Below the pieces are notes generated by a model. That model was not told where the DNA came from, made no database searches, and was given only the letters and a program-made list of their open reading frames with translations. From Octopus vulgaris (taxonomy: Eukaryota): DNA of 64,000 bases. Positions 27,201 to 40,500 of this stretch are shown here, one piece after another. The stretch spans positions 63,178,001 to 63,242,000 of the forward strand of contig OX597830.1 in the NCBI GenBank assembly GCA_951406725.2, given 5' to 3'. Made by a program: the position numbers and the translations under genes. The stretch's first letter is position 1, and each line of letters begins with the position of its first letter.

Positions 27201-29815
27201 TTTATATAGTTTTTGTTGCTGTTGAAATAATGAAATTGATTAACGATGGTGCTGTGATGGGAAATTATTATTATTAATAATAATAATAATTAAAGACGTC
27301 TATTTACAATGAGATAAGAGAGGAGAGAATACGGTGGGGAGAAAGACTGTGAGAAGAAAATATCTGCGGGAAGGATTGCACGTGGAGTATCGACAAATAC
27401 TAATGGTAGAATACCGAGCACAACTACATATGCATTACACACACACTTGGATATACATATGTATCTAAGATTATTTATATATATATACATACATGTGTGT
27501 GTGTGTGATGCAATGAGAGAGAACAGCAGCAACAATCAGAAGCAGAGAAGTGTGGTTTCATTAAAAAAGAAACTGGCTTTATTGCACCACATGGCCTACT
27601 TCTTTGTAACTTAAGCTTGCCAAGTAGACACACGTTATTTCTATTGTCCAGCCGGCGGAGTGGCCACCGGGAGAACCGATGTTTTTTTTTATACCCCACC
27701 ACAATCTATATCTCCCGTTCTTTATAAAATAGTACGAAAGTGGGTAGAAGGTAGATTGATTTCTCTCAACCCTTCGGATTATAATCACCTTAAGGATCAT
27801 CACCTCGACGTGAAATTAAGTACCATTAAGCGAGTTGAGCAATTTTATACCTGTTTAAAAATTACTACTTATTATCAATGGAAAATATAAAAAAAGGTTT
27901 GATAGAATATAATTTTTCAGAAGTTATGAAATAAAAGCGATTGACTATGGAAATAGAGAGACGGGATTAACAAGCACCGTTCGTGGTCATTTTTAGTTTA
28001 TAATGGGGAAAAATGTTCTTATGTAAATACTTTGCGTACTTAGAATACGAACGTATAAATATATATATACACACACACACACACGTGTATAAATGCGAGA
28101 GTAGTGGGTCATACTGGATCACCACCACATATATTTTGAGATATATATATTTTAATTTTGTAGTCATCTGTTCGTCTTAGGCACCACGAACCACACACAG
28201 AGTGATATGACAAGTCGAATACATGAGATACACACACATATATATATATATATGCACAGATTCACACGCATACACAAGGGGAATACTTCTACGTGATAAA
28301 ATTAGCGGAATCCAAATTTCACCGTTACTATCTCAAACAAATGGACTGGTCATGGATGGAACACCTTTGATCATAACTCTACTCGATCAAGACTGGCCCA
28401 GTGTTAAACTACTACACCAAGCACACACACACACACACATCTATTTAGACAAACACACGCGTGTAATTTCTGAGGTGAATTTCTTCTTATTTTCAACGCT
28501 CCATTTTTCACCTCCTTCGTACCTATCGCTCCTCATACATACACATATATATATATGGCGATCTTTATATATATATATACCTATATATATATATATATAT
28601 ACCTATATATTATATATACCTATATATATATGGTCACATATATGATTCACACGAAGACAGACCACATACATACATAGTGTGTCAAATAATTAACACAAAA
28701 TTTAAAAAACCAACACAGAAAAAAAACCCTCGAATCTATCAAAAATCTAAGTTAATATTTCACAATATTAACAAAATGAGAGAGAAAATGAAAAAAACCT
28801 AATCGAAGAGAAGGCCTTAAGAAAAAAAAAGTCAAGATAGAGAGAGAGAAGAAAATGAAAATATTTCCGTGAAGAAAGCATGTGTTCTTGCCGTCCAATT
28901 AGTGGGTGACAAAACAAGGAACTGTGCCATATGTAAAGCATGTGGTGTTGCTGCTTGTCTTGTATTATTGTGGATTTTCAGGACTTTCTCATTTAAAGAT
29001 TCTGTCGGTTCCACCACCAAGAAGTTCCAAAGCTGTTCTTCAAACTAAATAGACGAACGATCGGTGATATTATTTAGAAGGGATTATAATATATTTTAAG
29101 TCCTCTACATGTGTGTGCACGGGTATATATATAAATATAGAGGCGAATATATATATATACGAGTATTTATACATGGTTGTGTCAGGCTGACTGCGAGTTG
29201 GTCGAGAGACGAGTGTTAATTAATTTTAGCTGATTTTGTTAATTGGATAATTCAAATGTATGAAAGTAAATTTAAAAATATATATGGGTATGGTCATAGT
29301 TTGAAATTAGTGAACTATAATGGTGATTATTATTATTATTTTAGCGGTGATGGTGATAATAGAGATACATGTGCTGCAATATATATAAGGACATATATAT
29401 AAAGTGGAGAAGGCCACGGATTCGGGTCTGTATATGTGTGGAGGATAATGTATTGTATATAAGATGTATATATGTATCGAATTATATAAACACGGTCTAA
29501 ATAGAGAGAAGAGGTAGGCTGCTTAGAAAAGTGAATGGAAAAAAGTACAAGCGAAAAAGTGAAAATGATGAAAGCTTCACAGAAAGAAAGAGCAAAGGAG
29601 AGAGACAAGAGGGAGAGGAGAAAGATAAAACAGATGATGATAGAGAGGGGGACAAGAGAGAATAAGAGAGGGGGATTGAGAGAGATAGTATGGTGGAGAT
29701 ATATATATGTATGTATATGTATATTTCTTATGAAAGAAAGGAATTGTTCTAGGCGAAAAAAGTGAAGATTTAATGGAAAGTTGATTGAAGATGTTTTTTC
29801 GTTTGTTTAACGTAC

Positions 29816-29900
29816 CATTTACCATGTCGCCGACCATTTTATATTTGGTGACGACTAAATCCTGGGCAGGAGAATTCTCGGTGTCTTCTTTGTCAGCCAT
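29816..29900 (-). CDS. PA2G4: PA2G4/EBP1 (proliferation-associated 2G4, M24-fold pseudo-peptidase) coding exon 1
   Basis: ATG at 29900 in caacATGG context; MADKEDTENSPAQDLVVTKYKMVGDMVN matches the EBP1 N-terminal DLVVTKYKM motif; donor G|gtacgt, phase 1 (85 nt). Confidence 0.95.
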
Positions 29901-30290
29901 GTTGGAAGTATGAAGAGTTCCAAGTAAAGGAAGGCGGGAACGACACCAGCCTCACTCTCACCTTCAAACAACAACACCGCCGTCACCGCCGCCACCACCA
30001 CCACATATACACACATACACATACTTCGACACACACACACACACACATTCATACCTACAGATGCACGCACTCACATGTACAGAAATACGTACTGACTGAC
30101 GCACGCACATACAGACTACGTAACAGACACATGCGCGCACACACATAAGTAAAGACGCATGCACACATACACAGACACATACTGATGCGCGCACAAACAC
30201 GCACATACATATCCGCACTAACGCGCACACATACATACTGACAGACGCATACTCATACAGACGGCTACAAGGCACACACACACACACACA
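29901..30290 (-). promoter_or_regulatory. Probable 5'UTR/proximal promoter of PA2G4
   Basis: Directly upstream of the ATG; pyrimidine-rich leader (ttcccgccttcctttact), (GGT/GGC)n and (GT)n tracts, more CpG than flanks; TSS not determinable. Confidence 0.5.
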
Positions 30291-30389
30291 TGCTGATCCC
30301 TACATATATATATACATACATATATACAGTCCCCCCCAACATATATATATATATACACCCTCTCCATGCTTCGTTCATTTTTATCTTGT

Positions 30390-30464
30390 TACTCGTTGAA
30401 ATTTCCCTCCTCCTCCTGCACCTCATTTCATTGTACCCCTATTCACTATCACATTCTCTCTCTT

Positions 30465-30495
<31 letters not shown>

Positions 30496-30990
30496 CTATC
30501 AACCTACCCATTTATATTTTACCTTGCTTCCTCGGTTCTCCATTCTCTCTCCTTCATCTCTCACTTTTACTTTTTTTTACAATTTCCCCCCTCTCCTAAT
30601 TCTTTCTCCCTCTTTTTACCTTTTCTATCTCTCTCTCTCTGTCTGTCTCTTCCCTCTCTATTCCCCTCTCTGTCACTTTTCCTTCCTCTCTCCCCCTCTC
30701 TCTCTACACGGTCTATCTCTCCCACTCTCTCTCTCTAAATTGTATCTTTCTCTTCGTTCTCCCTCTTTCTTTTCATTCATTTCTATATCTCTTCTATTCT
30801 CCCCCTCACGCTTTCCCTTTCTCTCTAACTTTTATCTATTTAATTCTTTCTGTCTCTCTCTCTCCTCCTCCTCTCTCTTTACTACCGCGATTTTATTCTT
30901 TTCTCTGTCTCTCATTTACGCACGTTCCTATTGCTATTCTGTTACCCATGTATTGCCCTTCTTCAATACCTCACTCTGTACTTCTCTCTC
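30390..30990. repeat. Polypyrimidine/polypurine low-complexity tract upstream of PA2G4
   Basis: CT-rich plus strand for ~600 bp. Confidence 0.85.
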
Positions 30991-31053
30991 CCCACATACA
31001 TATACACCACACACACGTATATATATATATGTCTATTTTCATAAAGCTTCCCG

Positions 31054-31094
<41 letters not shown>

Positions 31095-31397
31095 TCCAAG
31101 TAGCCTGTGTGTTCCCTTATTTCATCCAGGACCCGCTTTTATTGTCCACCACTGTTTTTACAAGTCACATTTTGTTTATGATTCCTTATATACCAACCCA
31201 AGACCCCTGCAGCTCTCCCTATTTACCCTATCGCTAGGGCCCTTTTGTCCCCTCGCTCCCCTTTTACTACTTCACACTGTCCTCTCACTCACCCCATCAG
31301 ATGTAAGAAGATCAGTTTTCTTTGCCCTCCCCTTTTATTCTTTAGAATTTAGTTTCACTTTTTCTTTTTCCATTCTCCCCCTCCCCTCTCTATATAT

Positions 31398-31748
31398 ACT
31401 TTTATTCTTTTATTTGTTTCAGTCATTTGACTGCGGCCATGCTGGAGCACCGCCTTTAGTCGAGCAAATCGATCCCAGGACTTATTCTTTGTAAGCCTAC
31501 TACTTATTTTATCGGTCTTTTTTTGCCGAACCGCTTTCTTACGGGGGACTTAAACACACCAGCATCGGTTGTCATCGGTGGACAAACACACATATATATG
31601 CGGTGGGCTTCTTTCAGTTTCCGTCTACTAAATCCACTCACAAGGCTTTGGTTGGCCCGAGGCTATAGAAGACACTTGCCCAAGTTGTCACACAGTGGGA
31701 CTGAACCCAGAACCATGTGGTTCTTACCATACAGCCACTCCTGCGCCT
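31398..31748 (-). mobile_element. SINE family 1
   Basis: Same consensus. Confidence 0.88.
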
Positions 31749-32544
31749 ATATATATATATATATTTATCTCTGTACCTCTCTGTCTGCCTATATACTTTG
31801 ATAAGTACCGTGAACGAAATTTTCGCCCCTTGAGTCAGTTTGTAACATCTGTCGAATCAAAATATATTGTACACACAAACACACCTATATCTGTAAATAT
31901 GTGTGTGTGTGTGTGTGTTACATGTTTCAGCTGGAGAGTTACAACCATGTTGGGGCACCACTGTTAACTTTGAGAGATTATTTAAGCCTGACGAGACAGG
32001 TTCGTTTGACAAGCCTTGAAGACTCTGAACTGCACGGAGCTGAGTCAAATGGTTATTAATCCTTCGGCATTCAGATTATTCTGTCACATGTAATGTACAT
32101 TTATTTACTCTGTTTTGGATTTAATCATACATTATCTTGGAGCTTTGTGATTTAAATGGTACCATCATCATCATCGTTTAACGTCCGTTTTCCATGCTAG
32201 CATGGGTTGGACGGTTCGACTGGGGTCTGGGAAGCCAGGGTGCTGCACCAGGCTCCAGTCTGATCTGGCAGTGTTTCTACAGCTGGATGCCCTTCCTAAC
32301 GGCAACCACTCCGAAAGTGTAGTGGGTACTCTTTACATGCCACTGGTATGGGGGGCCAGTCAAGGCTGCGCTGGCATCAGCCACGTCTGGATGGTGCTTT
32401 TTACATGCCACTGGCACAGGAGCCAGTCAGGGCAAGGGAGCTGGCATCGACCACGTTCGGATTATGCTTTTTACGTGCCACTTCCACAGGGAGCCAGACA
32501 GGCGGCTCTGGCATCAACCATGACTACAATTTCCATTTGATTGT

Positions 32545-33596
32545 GGTAAAGGGGAAAATGCCTCACAAGCAACCAAAGAAATATGCGCCATTTACGGTGA
32601 TGTTTCTTTATCCAAAAGAACTGTACGGAAGTGGTTCACAAGGTTCCGAGCTAGAGATTGTAGCCTTATTGATAAAGAGCGATCAGGCAGACCATCCACT
32701 ACAGATGATGACCAAATCAAGTCATTAATTGAGAATAATCCACATTGCATAACCTGAGAATTGGCAGAAAGCCTCATCCTCTCAAAATCCATCGTTCATG
32801 AACACCTGGTAAAGCTTGGGTACACAAATCGCTACAATGTTTGGGTACCATATAAGTTGAGTGAGAAGAACCTTTTGGATCACATTTCCATCTGTGATTC
32901 GCTTTATAAATGGAATAAAAACGTGCCTTTTTTCAAGCAAATTGTGACAAGTGATGAGAAATGGATTATCTACCGAAATGTTCAGAGAAGGCAATCCTGG
33001 AGTAAGTGACATGAGCTACCCTTAGCCACCCCAAAAGTGGGTCTTCACCCTAAAAACGTCTTGTTTTGTGTCTGGTGGGATTGGAAAGGAATTCTGTACT
33101 ATGAGCTTCTCCCAGGTAAGCAGACAATTCTGAGAAATACTGCACACAACTGGATGAGTTAAAAGCAGCAATTCAAGAGAAATGCCCAAAATTGGCCAAC
33201 AGGAAGGGTGTTGTTTTCCAACATGATAATGCAAGACCACACGTTTCTTTGGGAACCAGACAAAATTTGCTGCTGCTCGGCTGGGATGTGTTACCCCACC
33301 CTCTATATTCACCAGATATTGCTCCTTCGGATTTCCACTTATTCAGGTCTCTGCAGAATAGTCTTAATGGTAAAAATTTCAATTCTTTGGATGATGTAAA
33401 ATGATACCTTGATGAATTCTTTGCCATGAAACCACCTCAATTCTGGGAAGAGGGTATTTTCAAGTTAAAGGAAAGATGGAGACGCATTGTGCAACAAAAT
33501 GGTTCATATTTGGTTGATTAAAAATGTAAAGGCAAGTATTTATTGACCATTTTCTTTCCTTTAAAAATCGGCACGAACTTTCCGGACAACCAAATA
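32545..33596 (+). mobile_element. Decayed mariner (DD34D) transposon, 5'-truncated
   Basis: WVPYKL, VTSDEKW, HDNARPH, HPLYSPDIAPSDFHLF motifs broken by stops and frameshifts; right TIR ...gcacgaactttccggacaaccaaata followed by TA. Confidence 0.92.
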
Positions 33597-33598
33597 TA

Positions 33599-33985
33599 TA
33601 GGCACAGAAGTGGCCGTGTGGTAAGTAGCTTGTTTCCTAATCACATGGTTCTAGGTTCAGTCCCACTGCATGGTATATTGGGCAAGTGTCTTCTACTATA
33701 GCCTCGGGCTGACCAAAGCCTTGTGAGTGGACTTGGTAGACAGAAACTGAAAGAAGCCTGTCGTATATGTGTGTGTGTATATATATGTTTGTGTGTCTGT
33801 GTTAGTCCCCACCAACATCGCTTGACAACCGATGCTGGTGTGTTTACGTCACTGTAACTTAGGGGTTCGGCAAAAGAAACTGATAGAATGAGTACTAGGC
33901 TTACAAAGAATAAGTCCTGGGGTTGATTTGCAGTGCTCCAGCATGGCCGCAGTCAAATGACTGAAACAAGTAAAAGAATAAGAGA
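33599..33985 (+). mobile_element. SINE family 1 abutting the mariner TIR
   Basis: Same consensus. Confidence 0.88.
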
Positions 33986-34060
33986 ATATCATCACACACA
34001 CACAGTCTCTCTCACACATGCACACTCACGCACACACACACACAAATATAAATGTGTATA

Positions 34061-34458
34061 TCATTATATATAAAAGAGAGGTTGTGTGGTGTCTGTCTCC
34101 TACGATTTAGATTCCTAACTACTCCCACATTTTGCGGTGCAGTTTAACCAAAACCGGGTATCTTATAGTCGTCATTCATATCGAGCCCTTCTGGGTATTA
34201 GCGCGCGTCTACGATGAGTCTACGATTTTAAAAAAAATTACCATCATTTTTTCCATTTTAATGCATTTTTTCGCTATTATATAAGGGAAGTAACTCTCTA
34301 AAAATGTCTACGATGAGTCAACGATTTAAAAAAAAATTTACCATAATTTTTTTCCCATTTTTAATGCATTTTTTTGCTATTTTTGGCTATAACTCTCTAA
34401 AAATGCTTATATAGTTATTTCCCTTACAAACCTGAGCAACACCAGGCGATACTGCTAG
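34061..34458 (+). mobile_element. Non-autonomous Helitron
   Basis: A|TC 5' end, subterminal hairpin (cctgagcaacaccagg), CTAG|T 3' end, no TSD. Confidence 0.8.
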
Positions 34459-35214
34459 TATATATATATGTGTGTGTGTGTGTGTATATATATATTTACA
34501 TACATATAGGTATATATTTGTTTATGTATAAGTGTGTGTGTGATGTGATGTGACGAAGGGTGTGTTTGTATCCCCCCCAGTACATTTCATTATGCTGAAT
34601 ACCTTTCTTGTCAATTCTAATTGGCTGCATAGAACCCACAATGAATCTCCACAATCATCATCAATATCATTTAATTAATTGTGGAAAGGTGGCAAGCTGG
34701 CAGAATCGTTAGCTACCGAGTGAAATGCTTAGCGGTATTTCGTCTTTCTTTATGCTCCGAGTTCAAATTCTGCTGAGGTCAACTTTGCCTTTTGTCCTTT
34801 CGGGGGTCAATAAATTAAGTATCATTTACATACTGGGGTCATTCTAATTGACTGCCCCCCCCCCTCCTCCAAAAGTTCAGGTCTTGTCCCTAAAGTAGAA
34901 ATCGTTAGCAGTTATACAACAAGTTAATAATGACTGACTGACTTTAATAAATTTTTCATTATTTTCAAAATTAATTGATACAAAAGCAGTGTATTTCGTC
35001 AGAAATATTGTAACAAAAGGGCCAACAGCTGTTTTGCTAGTATCAAACATCAAACAGTTAGACACAAATGACATCTTTCACTAAGATATTGTCTATGTCC
35101 AACTTAGAGCCTTGCACCTGGTTTATACTGCTTTCATAAACAAAAATGTCATAAACGTCCTCCAGTGGAGACAAGACAACATTCAGTTACACCAAAACAC
35201 AATCATTACATGTA

Positions 35215-36125
35215 TTCTTTTATTCTTTTAGTTGTTTCAGTCATTTGACTGCGACCATGCTGGAGCACTGCCTTTAGTTGAGCAAATCGACCCCAGGACT
35301 TATTCTTTGTAAGCCTAGTACTTATTCTATCGGTCTCTTTTGCTGAACTGCTAAGTTATGGAGATGTAAGCACACCAGCATTGGCTGTCAAGCGATGTTG
35401 GGGAGACAAACACAGACACACACACATATACATACGATGGGCTTCTTTCAGTTTCCGCCTACCAAATCCACTCACAAGGCTTTGGTCAGCCCAAGGCTAT
35501 AGTAGAAGACGCCCCAGATGTCGCAGTGGGACTGAACCAGGAACCATGTGATTCGTAAGCAACCTACTTACACACAGTCACTCCTACGGGTACGGTTATT
35601 AAAGTTAATTATCTCACACCTCTCCCCCTTACCTGTTTATGAAGGATAATTCCTTCATCAAATTTGACAATGATTTAGCATCTACAAAAATATATCTTTT
35701 TATATAAAACTGAAGTAGGCGCAGGAGTGGCTGTGTAGTAAGTAGCTTGCTAACCAACCACATGGTTCCGGGTTCAGTCCCACTGCGTGGCACCTTGGGC
35801 AAGTGTCTTCTACTATAGCTTTGGGCCGACCAAAGCCTTGTGAGTGGATTTGGTAGACGGAAACTGAAAGAAGCCCGTCGTATATATGTATATATATATA
35901 TGTATGTGTGTGTATATGTTTGTGTGTCTGTGTGTCCCCCAACATCGTCTGACAACCGATGCTGGTGTGTTTACGTCCCTGTCACTTAGCAGTTCGGCAA
36001 AAGAGACCGATAGAATAAGTACTAGGTTTACAAAGAATAAGTCCCGGGGTCGATTTTTTCGACTAAAGGTGATGCTCCAGCATGGCCGCAGTCAAATGAC
36101 TGAAACAAATAAAAGAGTAAAGAGT
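35215..36125. mobile_element. Head-to-head pair of family-1 SINEs
   Basis: 35215-35588(-) and 35716-36125(+); other copies at 44975-45370(+), 51942-52277(-), 63728-64000(+). Confidence 0.88.
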
Positions 36126-36129
36126 TATG

Positions 36130-36413
36130 TGAGAGTCTGTCTCCCCCGATTTAGATTCCTAACTACTCCCACATTTTGCGGTGCAGTTTAACCAAAAGCG
36201 GGTATCTTATAGTAGTGATTCACATCGAGCCCTTCTGGGTCTACGATTAGCGAGCGTCTACGATGAGTCTATGATTTAAAAAAAAGCTTACCATCATTTT
36301 TTCAGATTTTTAATGCATTTTTTGCTCGATGTATATAAGGGAAGTAACTCTCTAAAAATGCTTATATAGTTATTTCCCTTACAAATCCGAGCAACGCCGA
36401 GCGATACTGCTAG
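36130..36413 (+). mobile_element. Second, 5'-truncated copy of the same Helitron
   Basis: Near-identical gatttagattcctaactactcccacattttgcgg...gcgatactgCTAG|T. Confidence 0.8.
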
Positions 36414-37572
36414 TAAATAAATAAATACAGGAGGGAGAAATAAAGGAAGAATACAAAGTTGGAAGATTAAAATAGAAAGTAATTACCATATTCTGTGGCA
36501 TGGCAGTCGCTGCATCATGGAAAATGTATACTGATTTTGGATATGTAATCCTTGGAGAAAAATTCTTTATACTTACGAAAGCTCCATCTACATGATTAAC
36601 TGAAAATTAACAGAGGGAGTAATTAATTTCTGTTGAGACAACAAACTAAAGATGTTGTGTTTTGAATATTTTTATGTCCAGTGGTTTCAGCGGTCACTGG
36701 TTTCAGTTGTTTTACATTTACTTTTTTAATGGGCAGCTCATCAAAGACCAAAGGGATGTCACCCATGTTCTCAACCTGACTGTGTTTGCGACAACTCTAT
36801 GTCCTAAAATTAATTATAAGTTTATGGAAATTTAATATTTTCTCTTTTTATTCTGCAAACATTTTCAGAGCTGATGTCATTCTTATTTCTTTATTGCCCA
36901 CAAGACAAAGGGATTAAGTCGATTACATCGACCCCAGTATGTAACTGGTACTTAATTTATCGACCCCAAAAGGATGAAAAGCAAAGTCGACCTCGGCGGA
37001 ATTTGAACTCAGTATGTAACAGCAGATGAAATACCGCTGAGTATTTCGTCTGGCATGCTAACGTTTCTGCCAGCTTGCCATCATTCTTATTCACAAACTT
37101 AAACCATTATGTTTCATGAAACAAAAGTATCAAAAAACAGTTTTTTCTTAAATTATTCACTTCTCCAGCTGCCAAAATTATATTCTTCATAATTTCTACA
37201 TATTCAAAGTTTCTTTGATTTAATGAAACTTCTTTGATCTAATGTGAAGGTGTATGGCTCAGTGGTTAGAGCATCAGGCTCACAATCATGAGGTAGTCAG
37301 TTCGATTCCCTGTATTGTGAGCTTGAGCAAGACACTTTATTTCATGTTGTTCCAGATCACTCAGCTGTAGAAATGAATTGTGACGTCACTGGTGCATCAG
37401 TGTTTACCTTAGATTACGTCAGTGACATGGAGAGAGGAGGGTGATATGCATGGGTGACTGCTGGTCTTCCATAAACAACTTTGCCCAGACTTGTGCCTTG
37501 GAGGGGAACCTTCGGGCTGCAATACTATAGTAATTCATAACTGAAGGGACATCTTTACTCTTGATCTAATAT

Positions 37573-37830
37573 TCATGTTTTGAAGTTTTCTTGTAAGTGT
37601 GGCCATTTTGCTTGTACAGTATGAAGACCATGATTATGTTTATTTTCACTTTTAATTCTTCTTCCTGCTTCCATCTCAGATGGTGTTGGTCCAAAGTTTC
37701 TCTTTGGTGCTGTTTCCATGTTCTTTGGTATATTGCTCTGCTTCAAACATAAATGTGATATCATAATTATGTCTCCTTGATGCACCTGCTGTAGATGAGG
37801 GAGGAAAATTTGCCGGACTGAAAATGGTTT
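37573..37830 (-). mobile_element. pogo-like transposase N-terminal remnant
   Basis: RRHNYDITF..EAEQYTKEHGN (Brinker-DBD-like) and AKWPHLQE (CENP-B HTH-like) in shifted frames. Confidence 0.5.
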
Positions 37831-37953
37831 GTGGCACCTGTGAAGGCTTAGCAGTGAAAGAAAGAAGTATGAAAAAGAAAGAAAGCAATTACAAATTCTT
37901 GTTCATTGAGATAAGAAATAAAGAGGACAGATCCTGTACACTACAGATCTTTA

Positions 37954-38525
37954 TTGCAATCAGACCTGGGCACAATGCAGCAGTGGATCATGGACTGGCA
38001 ACTCAAGCTGCCTGTGGACAAATGTACCACCATGCACTTTGGGAGGAAAATCCCAGCATCTACTTACTCTCTCCTCAACACTAATCTCAAAAAGGCTTCT
38101 TGTGAACGTAACTTGAGCATTATTGTTGACAGCGATTTGCGTTGGACAAAACACATTGCTAAAATTGCCAAGAAGGCTAAGGGTGTCTTAGCATCACTTA
38201 CCAAGTCCTTTGTGAGCCGCTCTCTGGCTGTCTATCTGAGGCTTTATATAGCTATGGTGCGGCCTCACCTGGAATTTGTATCACCAGTCTGGAACCCCTA
38301 TCTTGCCCAGGATATTAATCATCTGGAAACCGTTCAGTGACGTGCAACCAAGAGAATACCCCCCATCAGACATTTGCCATATTCTGAACGCCTTACTTCC
38401 CTGGGCAGGGATACATTGAAACTCCAATGTCTGGCAGCTGACTTGGCAAACACCCATAAAATTATTAACTATCTTACTAACAATAACTCTGAGCACCTTT
38501 CCAAACTCTACCTGTCTAACACCCA
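37954..38525 (+). mobile_element. CR1/L2-clade LINE ORF2 C-terminal remnant
   Basis: WQLKLPVDKC, LYIAMVRPHLEF, VWNPY, LETVQ*RATK motifs with a stop. Confidence 0.88.
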
Positions 38526-38580
38526 TTTTTAAAATGAGAATACCTGAAATAAACTCAAATGCTCTCACAAATTGAGAATA

Positions 38581-38826
38581 CTAAAAATGAACCTGACCGC
38601 TCGCAAAAATTAAGTAAAAAAAACGGAAAAATAACCCAGAATCCTTGTCTGGTACAGGATCGATTCCAAAATCTAACCAGTTTGTGTCAGTCACGAGGCC
38701 AAACATCCCTGAAAATTTCATTCTAATCCATCCAACAGTTCTTGAGATATCTTGTCCATGGACAAACAAGCAAACAAACACGACTGGAAACAATACCTCT
38801 GCCTTCGCTAAGGCGGAGGTAATAAT
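38581..38826 (-). mobile_element. DINE-1/HINE-like (Helentron-associated) element fragment
   Basis: ttattacctccgccttagcgaaggcagaggt subterminal hairpin, then (GTTT)n microsatellite and core gatatctcaagaac...atgaaattttcagg. Confidence 0.6.
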
Positions 38827-38830
38827 AATA

Positions 38831-38885
<55 letters not shown>

Positions 38886-38904
38886 CACACACACACACAT
38901 TAAT

Positions 38905-39235
38905 GATATGACCAAGAAGGTCAATCACAATGACCTTTTTGTGTGCAAAATTTGTGACAGACCATGCCTTTCTTTTGCTGGGCTCAAATTTCATTTGTGG
39001 ACTCATGAAAAACGAACCTCCAGCAAATATTCTGCCTATATATCAATACCGTTTATGCCATAAAGTCTGCAATTCTAACGGAGGCCTCAAAAGACATTTT
39101 AAGATCCACAAAGATCAGAACTTAACTGCTGCTCTCAGTGGTCCACACCAGATATGCAATTTATGTGGGTGTCTTTTCAAAACATTGTCTGGTTTAAAAA
39201 GCCATATCAGATGCCATGATGGATCTAAGGTTTAA
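38905..39235 (+). pseudogene. Frameshifted three-C2H2-finger fragment, probably a LINE C-terminus
   Basis: CKICDRPCLSFAGLKFHLWTH; YRLCHKVCNSNGGLKRHFKIH; CNLCGCLFKTLSGLKSHIRCH then stop. Confidence 0.65.
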
Positions 39236-39944
39236 GTACAAGAGGTTGCCAGACTCTGTGTAAGGAGCAGCCAACCACCATATATATATGACAAGCTTCT
39301 TTCAGTCTCTGCCTATGAAATCCGTTCACAAGGCTGTAGTTGACCTTGAGTTATAGTAGAAGACATGTGTCCAAGATGCCACACTCTGGGATTGAACCCT
39401 GAACCTTCATGGTTGAGAAACAAGCTTCTTAATCAAACAGAAAGTCAGCAATGTTTTATGAATAAGACAGACATAGATATTTGAGAAGTGCAAGGTTTAG
39501 AGTGAAATGAGATTAATATAATCTGTGGGCTGTATAATGGGAGCCAACTTGTAAGGCTGAGCACAAAATAGTTTTAAGTGTGTATGTGCGTGTGTATAAT
39601 CATGATCTTCATTATCATCACCACTCTTGCTGCTGTCATCGTTATCATCCTCATCACCACCACCATCATCAGTATCACCACCACCATTGTTATTTTCACG
39701 TCCTTTTTTCCATGCTTGCGGGCTTCAATCAGGGATCCACCGAGGAAGGGTCTTCTGTGGGTGAACGCTCTTCCTGTTGCCAACCCTGACTTTTTTTCTC
39801 TAGCAAGATAATATTTCTCCCTCCACCCCGCCATGACCAGTCATGTTTTCATAGAGTAGTGCTGCTTGAATGACAGTGACACTCATTTACAACTACCACA
39901 TGATATCAACACAAGAAGGCACAAACACACACATACCAATATAC

Positions 39945-40500
39945 ATTCTGAATGTTGGCTGGATCTTAAAAACTCCAGACACACAGGTCCTGAGGAAATC
40001 CAATATTTTGAGTATTGAGGCAATGGTGCACAAGCACCAGTTATTGTTGGACTGGACACCTTGTTAGAATGAATGATAGCAGGATCCCTAAACAGATGCT
40101 GTATGGGGAACTTGTTAGTGGAAAGCGACCCTGGCAGAAGCCAAGACTGCAATTTAGGGAATGCGTAAAATCCTCATTAAAGGCCTGTGAAATGCAAGAG
40201 GCTGACTGGGAGAGCAATGCTTGTCATCACAATGGATGGAGGAAACAGGTAAAGGAAAGAGTCGATACCTTTGAAAGAACACGTATTCTTCATGAAGAAT
40301 CTAAGTGTGCTGATTGAAAACACACTGCTAGTGTAATGAATGGGGAAAGCTTGGCCTGCAAAGTTTGAGTTGTGTATGTTTGTCAAGAGCAGGGCTTGTT
40401 AGTCACCAATGGAGCTGTAAGTGTAAGTATAAGGTAGTCTTGAATGCACAATGTTCCTAAAGGTCACTAATGGTTTTCTTTGGTCACGAGTGGGCAGCTA
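39945..40500 (+). mobile_element. RTE-clade LINE 3' remnant
   Basis: WTGHLVRMNDSRIPKQMLYGELVSGKR...PRLQFRECVK typical of the RTE C-terminus. Confidence 0.85.

Noticed and set aside
28875-28940. Hairpin ending in ACA-NNN on the minus strand (H/ACA candidate)
   Set aside because: No H box or convincing 5' hairpin
30290-31237. 315-aa ORF, the longest in the window
   Set aside because: Produced by a CT-rich low-complexity tract lacking stops; S/L/F-rich with no domain
31984-32020. CTGACGA hammerhead-like core
   Set aside because: No GAAA and no consistent stems I/III
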